Shown here: in pieces, positions 29,402-39,695 of the stretch | Layout: each line of letters opens with the position of its first letter | Position numbering within the stretch: position 1 is the stretch's first letter | From: Nannocystales bacterium | GTDB lineage: Bacteria; Myxococcota_A; Polyangia; Nannocystales; Nannocystaceae | Length of the DNA stretch: 64,000 nucleotides | Direction: 5' to 3' | NCBI GenBank assembly: GCA_050633305.1 | Contig: JBOEGF010000018.1 | Coordinates: forward strand, 1-64,000 | Position numbers and translations under genes: made by a program | Notes under the pieces: generated by a model | Seen by the model: the letters and a program-made list of their open reading frames with translations, nothing else | The model's database searches: none | What the model was told of the DNA's origin: nothing

Positions 29402-30184
29402 ATGTTCGAGAACAAGCACGTGCTCATCGCCGGAGGCACCAGCGGGATCAACCTTGGGATCGCCAAGGGCTTTGCAGCCGCGGGTGCCAAAGTCTCCGTC
29501 TTCAGCCGTAAGCAAGACAAGGTGGATGCCGCCGTGGCTGCGCTCAGCGAACTCGGTCCCAAGGCTCATGGTGGCATTGCCGACGTGCGCGAGCCGGACC
29601 AGGTCAAGGCAGCCATCGCTGCTGCCGCTGAGGCTCAGGGATCCATCGATGTGCTCGTGAGCGGTGCCGCCGGAAACTTCCTGGCGCCTGCGGTCATGAT
29701 GTCGCCCAACGCATTCGGGTCCGTCGTCGGTATCGACCTCAACGGCACGTTTCATGTTCTCCGCTTCGCATTTGAGCATCTCACCAAGCCGGGCGCGTCC
29801 ATCATCAACATCTCCGCGCCTCAGGCTTGGGTGCCCATGGTTGCTCAGGCCCACGTTTGTGCGGCGAAGGCGGGCATCGACATGCTGACCAAGACCCTCG
29901 CGATGGAGTGGGGGCCCGCGGGCGTGCGGGTCAACTCCCTGGTTCCGGGGCCCATCGAAGGGACCGAGGGGATGGAGCGCCTGCTCGTCGACAAGTCCAA
30001 GAAGGCCGCGCTCGCGAAGACGGTTCCTTTGGGCCGGCTCGGCAAGGTCGAGGACTGTGCCGACGTGGCGATGTTCCTCGCCTCGGACGCGGCCCGCTAT
30101 GTCAGTGGGGTGGTGCTTCCGGTTGATGGCGGGTGGTCGCTCGGCGGAGCAACGATCGCGATGGGACAGATGATGGGCGGTTGA
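29402..30184 (+). CDS. SDR oxidoreductase (2,4-dienoyl-CoA reductase-like)
   Basis: GGTSGIN, GAAGNF, AHVCAAKAG, PGPI, VDGG. Confidence 0.9.
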   Translation: MFENKHVLIAGGTSGINLGIAKGFAAAGAKVSVFSRKQDKVDAAVAALSELGPKAHGGIADVREPDQVKAAIAAAAEAQGSIDVLVSGAAGNFLAPAVMMSPNAFGSVVGIDLNGTFHVLRFAFEHLTKPGASIINISAPQAWVPMVAQAHVCAAKAGIDMLTKTLAMEWGPAGVRVNSLVPGPIEGTEGMERLLVDKSKKAALAKTVPLGRLGKVEDCADVAMFLASDAARYVSGVVLPVDGGWSLGGATIAMGQMMGG

Positions 30185-30203
30185 CGCGACGGAGGTCACC
30201 CTG

Positions 30204-33200
30204 TCAGGAGCGCCGCTCGACGCCAACGAGCGTACCGCCTTGCGGTCCACCACCCGGGCCAAGCTCGACCCGCCAGTCACACGCCGCGATCAGGCTCTCC
30301 CGGTGCTCGGTGACCACGAGCAAGTCCCCTCGGTCGACCAACCGGTCGAACAGCCCGAGCAAGCGCGCCACATCGGCCTCGTGCAGTCCGGTTCCGGGCT
30401 CGTCCAGCAAGATCAGCGACGGTGACTTCGTCTGCAGGAGGCGCGCCGCCAGCATCAGTCGCTGCGCCTCGCCTCCGGAGAGGCTGGCTCGCGCCCGTCC
30501 GAGCGAGAGGTGACCCAGGCTGGCATCGATCATCGCGGTTGTCGCCGAGCGAAGCTTGGGATCGTCGAGGTCGGCGGTCAGACTCTGGACATCGGTCGCC
30601 AACACTTCGGCGATCGTGCGGCCGTTCCAAGCGACATTCAGGACCTCAGGACGAAATCGCAGGCCGTCGCACGCCCGGCATGGAAGGGCGAGATCTGCCA
30701 GGGCATCCATCGCGATCGTCTCGACACCGCGACCTTTGCATGTCGGACATCGGCCCTTGGGGCTATCGAACGAGAACGCTGCCTTGGGCAGTGCGCCGTC
30801 CGCTGCCGTTGCGAACATGGCCTGCAGGGCAGGGCCCACTCCAAGGGTGGCGAGCGGTGTGTTTCCAACGCTCTGTGCCGAGCTGCGTGTCTCGACGAAG
30901 CTGCCAAGCCCCTGGATGTCCTCGCACCCGACGGGCCGTCCCGCGGCCGCGGAAGCGCCGAGGACGTGCAGCAGCAGGGAACTCTTTCCGCTGCCCGAAG
31001 GCCCGGTCAGTCCCACCAAGCCCCGTTGTGGGAGTTCGAGGTCGAAGCCGCTCAGATTGTTCGCGTGAGCGCCCGTGATCGTCACGCCTACGTCGAGGTC
31101 ACGCCGCGTGCGCGGTGCGGCGGTACTCCGCAAGGCCACTGCGGTGGGCGTGTCCCCATCGAGTACCTCGGCAGGAACGCCGCTCGCGACGAGCTGACCG
31201 CCATGCGGGCCCGCGCCCGGACCCAGCTCCAAAAGCCAGTCGGCGGCTCGAAGAACCGCGGGACGGTGGGTCACAACGATGATGGTGTTGCCCGAGTCGC
31301 GCAGGACTCGCAGGCGCTCGAGCAGGGTGGTGACATCGGCGGCATGCAGGCCCGACGTCGGCTCATCGAGGACGACGGTGGTGTGGGCGAGGCCGGCCCG
31401 AAGCGTGCTTGCCAGGCGGAGTCGCTGGAGTTCGCCCGTGGACAGCGTGGGGCTGCGGCGGTCGAGCGCGAGGTGTCCGAGGCCGAGCGCGGACAGGGCG
31501 TCGAGGCGCGCGGCGATCTCGGGTCTCAGCGCGACGTAGGCGGCCTGGGCCAACCCGCTGAGCGAGAGCGCGTCGAGGGTGCTGAGGATTGTGTCGGCAG
31601 GCTGGGCCAGGAGGGTCGGGAGCCGGAGTCCGCCCACGACGGTTCGCGCGACCTCAGGCCGTAGCCCGGTCCCTCCGCACGCTGGGCACGGGTGGTCTTC
31701 GAGCGGGACCTGCCATGCCGCGGCATCCTTGCGCTTGGCTCGGCGGGTTGCTTCGCGCTCGACGAGGGGGCACAACCCCAACCACGGGCCTTCGAAGGTG
31801 TGGGTCCCGGTTCGCTTGCCGCGTTTGAACGACCATGTGACCGAGACTTCGAGGTCGCCGGCGCCATGGAGCGCGACCTCGCGGACCTCTTCTGCCAGGT
31901 CGCGCCACGGGCCGTCGAGGTCTGAGGGGAGTCCGCGTGCCTCGAGGGCAGCCCGGAGGGTCGCGATGTGCTGGTCGTCATCGGCGGTGAAGAATGCTCC
32001 CGGTTTTGTGCCGGCCATCGCCCCTTCGCACAGGGGCAACGCCGGATCGGTCACGAGTTGCTCGGCCGTACATCGGGGGACAGAGGCCAACCCCGCGCAG
32101 GCTGGACACGCACCGAGCGGGCGGTCGGGGCTGAAGTGCTCGGCGGTCCATCCCGACGGCGTGCCCGCACGGGACCACAACAGACGGAGCAGCGGACCAA
32201 GCCCGGCTTGGGTGGCGACGCTGGAACGACGGCCCGCACGTGCGCCGCCTTGCGGGAGCGATACGACCGGAGTGAGTCCGGACGCACTCGTGAGTGGAGG
32301 GCGAGGCTGCCGACGGATCTGCGAGCGAACGCTGAACGGCAGCGACTCCGAGAATCGGTGCCACGCTTCTGCTGCGAGGGTGTCGAACACCAACGAGGTC
32401 TTGCCGCTGCCCGAGACCCCCGCGACGGCGATGAGTTTCCCGTGGGGGAGGTCGACGTCGACACTCTGCAGGCCGTGCGTGGTGACGCCACGCAGGGAAA
32501 TGGAATCCGGAGGCAGTTTGGGGGGCCGTGTCGGGCGTCGGGTGGACAACGGCTCGAGGTCGAGGGAGACGCCCTGTGTCGCAACGCCGTCTCGCACCTC
32601 GGTGCAGACGTCGGCGGCGGCCCAAACGTGGCGATGGTGAGAGATCGCGACCACGGTGTGCCCGGCGTCGACCAGAGCATCGATGGCACCGAGCAAGCGC
32701 TCGATGTCGGTGGGGTGCAAGCCTCGGTCGGGTTCGTCGAGCAGGAGCAGCGATGGCTTCGCGCCCGTGGTGCCCAGAAGCGTCGCCAACTTGACGCGTT
32801 GCGCTTCGCCGCGGCTGAGTTGGTGGCTGCCGTGTCCCAGCGGAAGATACCCAAGACCCAGTGTCTGCAGTGCGAGGGCCATGGCGTGCCCGGCGGGGTC
32901 GGGCTCGAAGTACAGAACCGCCTCGTCGACGGTCATCTGTAGTACCTCCGCGATGCTCTTTCCGCGTAGCGTCACGCCGAGCATGGCCGGGGCAAACCGA
33001 GCGCCGTTGCACGTCGAGCACGGGCGCTCGACGTCTTCGAGAAGATGAAGACCGATGCGTTCCACGCCCAGACCCTCACAGTCTGGGCAGCGGCCAGCTT
33101 TGTTGTTGTAGGAGAAGGCGCTTGCAGCCAGCTTGGCGGCCTTGGCCTCGGGCGTTGCGGCGAACGCCTTGCGAACACGATCGAAGAGGCCGGTCCATGT

Positions 33201-34838
33201 GGCTGGCGTGCTCCGCGGGGTGCGTCCAATCGGGCGTGCGTCGACGGCCGAAACCGAGGCGCCCTCGCGCCCTTCGAGGGCATCGAACGGTCCGCCCGTC
33301 TCTCCCAACATGGCCGGCAGCAGAGTGCCGAACACCAACGAACTCTTTCCGGCCCCGGAGGGCCCCATCACCACGTTGAAGCAGCCCAGAGCGATGGAGA
33401 GGTTGGCGCCCTTGAGGTTGTGCAGTGTGGCGCCGCGTAGGGCGAGTGTGCCGCGAGCAGTCCTCGGCGAGTCGCGTCGAGCTGGGCAGGTCCCCAGCGG
33501 GTGCTGCTCGTCTTGCGTCTGCACGATGCGGCCGCCCTCCCGTCCCGCGCCGGGACCGATCTCGACCACGGCATCGGCGTGCCGAACCATGTCCGGGTCG
33601 TGCTCGACGACCAGCAGTGTGTTGCCCAGCGCCACGACTTCGTCGAGCGTCTGCCGCAGCCCGTGCTGAGCTTCGGGGTGGAGTCCGAGCGTGGGCTCAT
33701 CCAGCGCCACGAGTACGCCCGAGAGCTGGGTGCCGAGTTGGGCGGACAGGGCCAGGCGCTGCGCCTCTCCCCCGCTCAGCGAGTCGGCCGTGCGGTCCAA
33801 GCTCAGGTGGCCGAGACTGAGCGTCTGCATGCGTTGCAGTCGGTGCTGGACCGAGGGCTCGGTCGTCGTCCAGACCGGGTGCTCGGGGAACTCGCCAAGA
33901 CTGGCTCGGAGCGCATCGATCGGTTGCGCGAGCAGGCAGGGCAACGTCATCTCGGCGAGCAAGGCGTCGCGCCCAGGACGAGACAGACGCGTGCCGTGGC
34001 AGGCGCTGCAGTTCGTCGAGCGCACGAATCGCAGGATGTTGGGGTTGCGGTCGCGTTGCAGCGTGTCGCGGATGACCGGGACGAGGCCGCGGTAGTAGCC
34101 CTCTTCACGGGGTCGGGCCGTGATGCCCTCCCACTTCATGCGGGACTCGATGCTGTGCTTTCCGAACGGCACCTTCAGCGCCTGCGTCCCCTCCATGATG
34201 ACGTCTCGTTGCGCATCGGTGAGGTCCTTCCAGGGCGTGTTCACGTCGAAGCCGTGTGCCTGGCAGATCGTGTTCATCACCTCGAGGGTGACCTGGCTGT
34301 AGACCGTGTACCCGTTCTTCAGCGTCGGGACGAGGGCGCCGTCTCGGATGCTCTTGCTGGGGTCGGCGACGATGAGCGCTGGATCGACCTGGTCCTCGGC
34401 ACCCGAGCCACCGCAGGCCTCGCACGCGCCTGGTGCCACGTTGAAGCTGAAGTGGCTGCGGCTCAGGGCCTCGCCACCGGGGTCCACAGCCAAACGAGCG
34501 AACACCAGACGCAGCAGGTCGAGGACGCCACTACGAGTTCCGACCGTGGAGCGAGCGTTGGCGAGGCCATGCACGCCGACGGCGATCGGCGCGGGCAGGC
34601 CGGTCAGCGACGTGACTTCAGCGCGACCGAGCTTTCCGAACAGGTGCCGTGCGCGAGCAGAAAGACCGCCGAGGACTCTGCGCTGCCCTTCGCGAACGAT
34701 CGTGTCGAATACCAGGCTGGTCTTGCCCGAGCCCGAGGGGCCAGTGACCGCCGTCCAGCGCCCCCACTCGAGGTCTAGATCGAGGTCCTTCAAGTTGTGC
34801 GCGGTCGCCCCGCGCACGTTCACCGAGCGCTCGGTCAC
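30204..34838 (-). CDS. Tandem-duplicated UvrA-like ABC ATPase (four NBDs)
   Basis: HNLK and four Walker A motifs (GPSGSGKT, GPSGAGKS, GVSGSGKT, GPSGSGKS), LS[GRT]GE signatures, LDEP and CxxC Zn modules. Confidence 0.88.
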   Translation of the reverse strand: MTERSVNVRGATAHNLKDLDLDLEWGRWTAVTGPSGSGKTSLVFDTIVREGQRRVLGGLSARARHLFGKLGRAEVTSLTGLPAPIAVGVHGLANARSTVGTRSGVLDLLRLVFARLAVDPGGEALSRSHFSFNVAPGACEACGGSGAEDQVDPALIVADPSKSIRDGALVPTLKNGYTVYSQVTLEVMNTICQAHGFDVNTPWKDLTDAQRDVIMEGTQALKVPFGKHSIESRMKWEGITARPREEGYYRGLVPVIRDTLQRDRNPNILRFVRSTNCSACHGTRLSRPGRDALLAEMTLPCLLAQPIDALRASLGEFPEHPVWTTTEPSVQHRLQRMQTLSLGHLSLDRTADSLSGGEAQRLALSAQLGTQLSGVLVALDEPTLGLHPEAQHGLRQTLDEVVALGNTLLVVEHDPDMVRHADAVVEIGPGAGREGGRIVQTQDEQHPLGTCPARRDSPRTARGTLALRGATLHNLKGANLSIALGCFNVVMGPSGAGKSSLVFGTLLPAMLGETGGPFDALEGREGASVSAVDARPIGRTPRSTPATWTGLFDRVRKAFAATPEAKAAKLAASAFSYNNKAGRCPDCEGLGVERIGLHLLEDVERPCSTCNGARFAPAMLGVTLRGKSIAEVLQMTVDEAVLYFEPDPAGHAMALALQTLGLGYLPLGHGSHQLSRGEAQRVKLATLLGTTGAKPSLLLLDEPDRGLHPTDIERLLGAIDALVDAGHTVVAISHHRHVWAAADVCTEVRDGVATQGVSLDLEPLSTRRPTRPPKLPPDSISLRGVTTHGLQSVDVDLPHGKLIAVAGVSGSGKTSLVFDTLAAEAWHRFSESLPFSVRSQIRRQPRPPLTSASGLTPVVSLPQGGARAGRRSSVATQAGLGPLLRLLWSRAGTPSGWTAEHFSPDRPLGACPACAGLASVPRCTAEQLVTDPALPLCEGAMAGTKPGAFFTADDDQHIATLRAALEARGLPSDLDGPWRDLAEEVREVALHGAGDLEVSVTWSFKRGKRTGTHTFEGPWLGLCPLVEREATRRAKRKDAAAWQVPLEDHPCPACGGTGLRPEVARTVVGGLRLPTLLAQPADTILSTLDALSLSGLAQAAYVALRPEIAARLDALSALGLGHLALDRRSPTLSTGELQRLRLASTLRAGLAHTTVVLDEPTSGLHAADVTTLLERLRVLRDSGNTIIVVTHRPAVLRAADWLLELGPGAGPHGGQLVASGVPAEVLDGDTPTAVALRSTAAPRTRRDLDVGVTITGAHANNLSGFDLELPQRGLVGLTGPSGSGKSSLLLHVLGASAAAGRPVGCEDIQGLGSFVETRSSAQSVGNTPLATLGVGPALQAMFATAADGALPKAAFSFDSPKGRCPTCKGRGVETIAMDALADLALPCRACDGLRFRPEVLNVAWNGRTIAEVLATDVQSLTADLDDPKLRSATTAMIDASLGHLSLGRARASLSGGEAQRLMLAARLLQTKSPSLILLDEPGTGLHEADVARLLGLFDRLVDRGDLLVVTEHRESLIAACDWRVELGPGGGPQGGTLVGVERRS

Positions 34839-35803
34839 TTGATGAAGGCCGACTCGGCCTCGGCCTGTTCGGAGTGAACCCGCTCGATCCAGCGACGCAG
34901 TCGTCGTGCCACGAGCGACTTGGCCCACAGCTCAACGCCCATCCGTTCCTGGCGCATCTTGGTCCGCATGACTCGCTCCCGCATCGACAACGCGGCGATT
35001 TCGAGCGAACCGACTTCTGGGACATCGGAGACCTCGGGCATGTAGCCGCGCTTGAGCATCATGTCTCCGGCGCGCATTTCCACGTCGCGGGCCCATTGCT
35101 CCGGGTTCTTCCGCCAGGCGTCCGCGATCTTGCCGTCGACCTTGCTGTACGTCGAGTGCTGGTGGAACTCGAGCAGCGCGGGCTCGTACTCCACGCCCAT
35201 GAACTCGCACAGGCCGGTGAGCGCTTCTTTGGATCGTGTGGCGAGGTCTTCGAACCGCACCTCGGTCCACGCGTCGTCGTCGATTCGCTCGGCGAGGGCT
35301 TCCCACTCTTGCTCCGACTCCACCCACCGCTCGGCAGCGGCGTAGGGGGTCCCGTCCCAGCCCATGCGAACCGCGGAGGGAGCCACGGCGCGAGGGTCTC
35401 GTACGAGGTGGATGAATCGGGCGTGAGGCCAGTGGTCGAGTATGCGCGCGAAGTGCCGGTGCACGGTGCCTCCGATGGCGACGCAACCCTCGCCGCGCTG
35501 GTACAGCAGCGACTCGATCAACTCGCGGGCATTCCGGAACGGGTAGGCGCCGACGTCGAGCTTGGAGCGTCGGAACACCGAGTCGCCAGCGAGCCTGCCG
35601 ATCAGATCCAGCACCTCGGGGTGCGGCTGCCCCGGCGGTGTGTAGTCGACCAAAAACTCCATCTGGTGGGAGAAGCTGAGCTTGCTGTGCTGGTCGAGCA
35701 TCAGGCGCAGCAGCGTCGATCCGGACCGTTCCGCACCCACGACGAACGTCGGTGTCGCGGAGGTTTGCAGCCCAGGGACGGAAGGCTTTTCGTCACGCGC
35801 CAT
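34835..35803 (-). CDS. Sulfotransferase
   Basis: GAERSGSTLL (5'-PSB), FIHLVRDPR..S, RFEDL. Confidence 0.88.
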   Translation of the reverse strand: MARDEKPSVPGLQTSATPTFVVGAERSGSTLLRLMLDQHSKLSFSHQMEFLVDYTPPGQPHPEVLDLIGRLAGDSVFRRSKLDVGAYPFRNARELIESLLYQRGEGCVAIGGTVHRHFARILDHWPHARFIHLVRDPRAVAPSAVRMGWDGTPYAAAERWVESEQEWEALAERIDDDAWTEVRFEDLATRSKEALTGLCEFMGVEYEPALLEFHQHSTYSKVDGKIADAWRKNPEQWARDVEMRAGDMMLKRGYMPEVSDVPEVGSLEIAALSMRERVMRTKMRQERMGVELWAKSLVARRLRRWIERVHSEQAEAESAFIK

Positions 35804-35873
35804 GGCCGGGCGAGTATGGGACCGGCGCGCGGGTCGTTCAACGCTTTTTCGGGGACCTGATACGCTTGCGTTC

Positions 35874-37058
35874 GTGATGGAGACGACGCCCGACGGGTCC
35901 CCGGGCTTCTACGCTGCGCTCCCGGTCTTCGATCGTTTCGCCGAGGTTCACGACCCCGCGCGTTACAGCCCCGTGCCGCCCGATTGGGACGTGGTGGTGA
36001 CCGACGTGGAAGGCTCGACCAAGGCGATCGAGGCGGGCCGCTACAAGGACGTGAACGCGCTGGGCGTGGCATCGATCGTCGCACTTCGCAATGCGTTGCC
36101 TCGATTCGACGTTCCGTTCGTGTTTGGTGGCGACGGGGCGACTGTGCTCACACCGTCGTCCCGGCGGACGGAGGTCCACGCGGCGTTGCGGGGGATCCGT
36201 GTCATGGCGAAGGACGCGCTGGGGATGGTGATGCGGGCGAGCATGGTGCCCGTCGCCGAGCTCGAGGCCGCGGGGTGCGAGGTTCGGGTTGCGCGTTTCG
36301 GGGCCAGTCCCAATGCCACCTTCGCGATGTTCTCTGGGGCCGGCCTGAGCGAAGCCGAGCGGCGAATCAAGGACCCTTCCGAGGGGGCCGGCTACGCGGT
36401 GAGTGACGAAGGGCCGTCGGAGGCGAGCTTCGAGGGCTTCGAGTGTCGCTGGGAGCCTCTGGGTAGTCGTCGGGGGAAGGTGATCAGCCTGCTCGTGCAG
36501 GCGACGGCTGAGGACCGCACCGAGGCGGCGCTGGCCTATCACGAGGTTCTGGATGCAATTGCAGCCGTGCTCGGGGATACCGAGGGCCGACCGGTCGCAC
36601 CGGACAACCTCAACGTTGCCGCGCAAGGCCGCGCCTTTCAGACCGAGGCCCGCATCTGTGTCGGCAAGGCTGGGGGCCTGGGGGTGGTCGCACGGACCCA
36701 GGTGATCAAGGCGCAGGCTGCGGTGGGTCGCTACGGCATGGCGCGCGGTAAGGAGACCCTCGGATTCCCCGCCGACGTCTACCGCGACGAAGTTGTCGCC
36801 AACACGGACTTCCGCAAATTCGACGACACCCTTCGCATGGTCCTCGATGTCACCGACGAGCAACACCACGCGCTCGAGGCGGACCTGTCACAGCGTCATG
36901 CGGCGGGAAGCATCGTCTACGGAACCCATGTCGCGAACGCTGCTTTGATGACGTGTGCGATTACCAGCTATCGAGGCGAGCACGTTCACTTTGTCGACGG
37001 AGCAGACGGAGGCTATGCGTTGGCGGCAAAGCAGCTCAAGGCGCAGCGCAGCGGTTGA
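35874..37058 (+). CDS. DUF3095-family protein
   Basis: TDVEGST..GRYKDVN, FVFGGDGA, CRW, DFRKFDD, HFVDGADGGYA. Confidence 0.85.
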   Translation: MMETTPDGSPGFYAALPVFDRFAEVHDPARYSPVPPDWDVVVTDVEGSTKAIEAGRYKDVNALGVASIVALRNALPRFDVPFVFGGDGATVLTPSSRRTEVHAALRGIRVMAKDALGMVMRASMVPVAELEAAGCEVRVARFGASPNATFAMFSGAGLSEAERRIKDPSEGAGYAVSDEGPSEASFEGFECRWEPLGSRRGKVISLLVQATAEDRTEAALAYHEVLDAIAAVLGDTEGRPVAPDNLNVAAQGRAFQTEARICVGKAGGLGVVARTQVIKAQAAVGRYGMARGKETLGFPADVYRDEVVANTDFRKFDDTLRMVLDVTDEQHHALEADLSQRHAAGSIVYGTHVANAALMTCAITSYRGEHVHFVDGADGGYALAAKQLKAQRSG

Positions 37059-37073
37059 GGGCGGCGCCGCACG

Positions 37074-37102
37074 TGGCCTCGTCACGGCGTCTCGCTGGTC
37101 CT
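37074..37102 (+). repeat. 29-nt extragenic repeat, copy 2
   Basis: tggcctcgtcacggcgtctcgctggtcct. Confidence 0.75.
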
Positions 37103-37118
37103 GGCCCGCTGGTGGCCT

Positions 37119-38594
37119 CTAGATGCTCGCCCAGCACATGACTTCAACTTCGAAGTCGTGGTCCAGGACCGCCGTGAGCAACTCCGCGACCTGTGTGACC
37201 GTGACGGTGTAGTCGGTGGGCGGGATGTGCCCGACTCCGACCGAGGTCACGTAGCGGCTGAGACCATCGTCGAAGGTCGATGTGGAGCATTGTTCCTCGA
37301 CGCCCGCGCAGGTTGCACCCGCTTGCAGGCTGAGCGCGGCCGGGAAACCGCTGGTGACCACGACGTCGCAGCCGCTGTTCGTTCCGGCCTGACCGGGGGA
37401 TGTCCACGCGTACGTGGCGGCTCCGAAGGTGTCGACCATGCCGTTGGAGAATTCGCCGATGTTCCCGCAAGAGGTTGTCATCGCGTGGGGTAACTCCGTG
37501 ATCGTGCCGGACACGGGGGCGCCGGCGAGTAGGCCTGAAGGACAAGCATTCGGTAGGACGTCGACGCTCAGCTCGAACTCTCCCGTGCCGCCGGCGGAGT
37601 CGACGATGAGGGTGACAGCATCGCCCGCTTGTAGGTTGCGGATGACTTCTCCGCCGACCTCTCCGGGGTTCGAGCCGTTGCACTGCAGGTCTTCGCCGCC
37701 GCACTCGGGTCCGACTTGGAGGTTCATGATCGGCTGGAAGTCGGTCGATGTTGCTCGGAAGCTGTGCAAACCGGTCTCTTCTGCGGTGTACCGGAACGCT
37801 CGCTCCGTCCCCGTGTCCCCTCCGCAGGGCGAGGAGAAGCTCGCGGTGCCTGCGATGTTGGTGAACGTTCCGGGAAGCGCCTCACCGTCGAGGTCCGAGT
37901 TCGGGCACGCGACCGGGTTGATGTTGAGGACGGCGTTGCCGTCCTGCCCGGTTTCGCCGTCCACGACAATGACGACCTGTTCGCCGGCCTCGTGGCGCCG
38001 CACGAGGCGAGAGGAAACCCCGCCATTCGCGTTGTCCGAGCACGCGATCTCTTCGCCATCGCAGGTCTCGAGGAGGTACAGCGCAGTGTCGAAATCCGAG
38101 CCTACGGTGTCGAACACGAAGTAGTCCGTGAACGGGGCGATCCATTGGAACGCAACGTCCTTCGCCGTCTCGCCTCCACATGTACCCGCAAAGCTGTCGC
38201 GCTGGGGCTGTGTATCCACGGACGCGACTTCTGTTCCTAGCGGCGGGTCGAGCAGCGTCTCGACACACTCGAGCAGCTCGACTCCGCCCGAGGTCGACTC
38301 CGAGCCCGTTTCGCCGCCATGGGTCGATGACCCTGAGGTGTCGCCGGTCGTTCCGCTCGCGTCCGTCGTGGTTCCGTCGAGTGTCGTGGCTCCCGTTCCC
38401 GTCGTGCCCTCGTCGACGGACGTCGATCCGCCCGGGGCAACGTCGCCCTGAGAGGTGGAGCTTTCGGAGGAACTCTGCTGCGCGTCTGTGGGAGGGTCGG
38501 AGAAACAACCAAGGCCAAGAGAGAGGACGAGGAGACCGGCGCTGCGGATCTTCACTTCAGCAATGGTAGTCGGCGCAGAGACGATGCTCGTCAT
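37119..38594 (-). CDS. Secreted/lipoprotein with repeated beta-sandwich (PPC-like) modules
   Basis: LGLGC, Thr/Ser linker, repeated CGG...F..T...DF...C.....CN/CS modules. Start uncertain. Confidence 0.7.
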   Translation of the reverse strand: MTSIVSAPTTIAEVKIRSAGLLVLSLGLGCFSDPPTDAQQSSSESSTSQGDVAPGGSTSVDEGTTGTGATTLDGTTTDASGTTGDTSGSSTHGGETGSESTSGGVELLECVETLLDPPLGTEVASVDTQPQRDSFAGTCGGETAKDVAFQWIAPFTDYFVFDTVGSDFDTALYLLETCDGEEIACSDNANGGVSSRLVRRHEAGEQVVIVVDGETGQDGNAVLNINPVACPNSDLDGEALPGTFTNIAGTASFSSPCGGDTGTERAFRYTAEETGLHSFRATSTDFQPIMNLQVGPECGGEDLQCNGSNPGEVGGEVIRNLQAGDAVTLIVDSAGGTGEFELSVDVLPNACPSGLLAGAPVSGTITELPHAMTTSCGNIGEFSNGMVDTFGAATYAWTSPGQAGTNSGCDVVVTSGFPAALSLQAGATCAGVEEQCSTSTFDDGLSRYVTSVGVGHIPPTDYTVTVTQVAELLTAVLDHDFEVEVMCWASI

Positions 38595-38642
38595 CACCGC
38601 GATTGCATTGCGCGGGCGGGGCACGCGCGATGTGTGATGCCC

Positions 38643-39203
38643 TCACGGGCGAGCGCGCGTGTACACCCCAACCGGGCTCTCACCGAGCATCGAGTCCATC
38701 TGCTTTTCGAAACCGCACTTGTTGGCGACCCGGACGGAGGGTGCGTTGCTGTGCTCGATGATGCACGCCGTGCGTGCGAAAGGGAGCGCTTCGTCTCCCC
38801 ACGCGAGGCAAGCTTGCAGAGCCTCGGTGGCCAAGCCCTGACCCCAGTGGGTCTTCGCGATGCTCCAGCCCGCTTCCGGGGTGTCGTCGACGCCCGGGTC
38901 GACCGCACGCATGCCAGGGAGAAAGCCTGCTTCGCCGAGCACGGCTTGGTCCTCCAGAGACTCGAGGACCCAGAAGCCATAGCCCACCAGAAACCAGGAG
39001 CCGATGTGCCGTTGCACAGAGACGAACACCTCGGGACGTGGTCGGGTCCGCGCGCCGATGAAGCGGACGTGCTCGGGGTCGCCCCACATGGCGGCGAGCG
39101 GATCGAGATCGCTGAGGCGGTAGGGCCGAAGCCGAAGACGCTTCGTTTCGAGGACCGGGATCTCGGAGGGCTCACGCGAGCCGGCTGCGGGCGGTCCAGG
39201 CAT
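38643..39203 (-). CDS. GNAT (RimJ/RimL-like) acetyltransferase
   Basis: LETKRLRLRP, EAGW, HWGQGLATEA, NAPSVRVANKCGF. Confidence 0.9.
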   Translation of the reverse strand: MPGPPAAGSREPSEIPVLETKRLRLRPYRLSDLDPLAAMWGDPEHVRFIGARTRPRPEVFVSVQRHIGSWFLVGYGFWVLESLEDQAVLGEAGFLPGMRAVDPGVDDTPEAGWSIAKTHWGQGLATEALQACLAWGDEALPFARTACIIEHSNAPSVRVANKCGFEKQMDSMLGESPVGVYTRARP

Positions 39204-39376
39204 GCAAAGAGGATAGACCGCCTGCGAGGGCACAGGCCGGCCTATCTCTAGCCGGCGCGGGCCTTGGGTGGCCCGCTGCGGCTCCGGGCCTCGTGTGGCG
39301 CCACCCCGTTGGTTGCGCAATGCCGAGGTTCTGCCATCCTCGCCGCGTGCCCAAGCGTCGCCGACCGGTTCCCCTC

Positions 39377-39685
39377 GTGGCGCATACCCACAAGCCCCGC
39401 GCACTCGCCATCTCGGCGATCGTCGAGTGTCTTGGGGAGACAAGCGCCATCATCGACGATCTCACGGAGTACTCGAACCGGATGAGCACGTACCGGTTCG
39501 AACTCGATGCAAATGACCTCGCGGGACTCGAGTCGCACCTGGGTCTGTCCGGTATCTCGCTCGAGGCGCGAGACCCGGCAGGGCCCATGGACACGGACGA
39601 TGAGGGCTATCTCTTCGTGACCTTGGCCGTCACATTCCCAGACGAAGATGGGAACCGGAAGGTTCCGAACCCAGACTTGGGCTAG
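39377..39685 (+). CDS. Small acidic hypothetical protein
   Basis: GC3-rich codons in a gap between genes. Start uncertain. Confidence 0.5.
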   Translation: MAHTHKPRALAISAIVECLGETSAIIDDLTEYSNRMSTYRFELDANDLAGLESHLGLSGISLEARDPAGPMDTDDEGYLFVTLAVTFPDEDGNRKVPNPDLG

Positions 39686-39695
39686 GGGCCGTGAC

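Noticed and set aside
11605..34838. Apparent DNA-damage cluster (SPL-like, YdjM-like, AidB-like, LigA, UvrA-like)
   Set aside because: The genes are scattered among unrelated ones on both strands, and I saw no shared operator.
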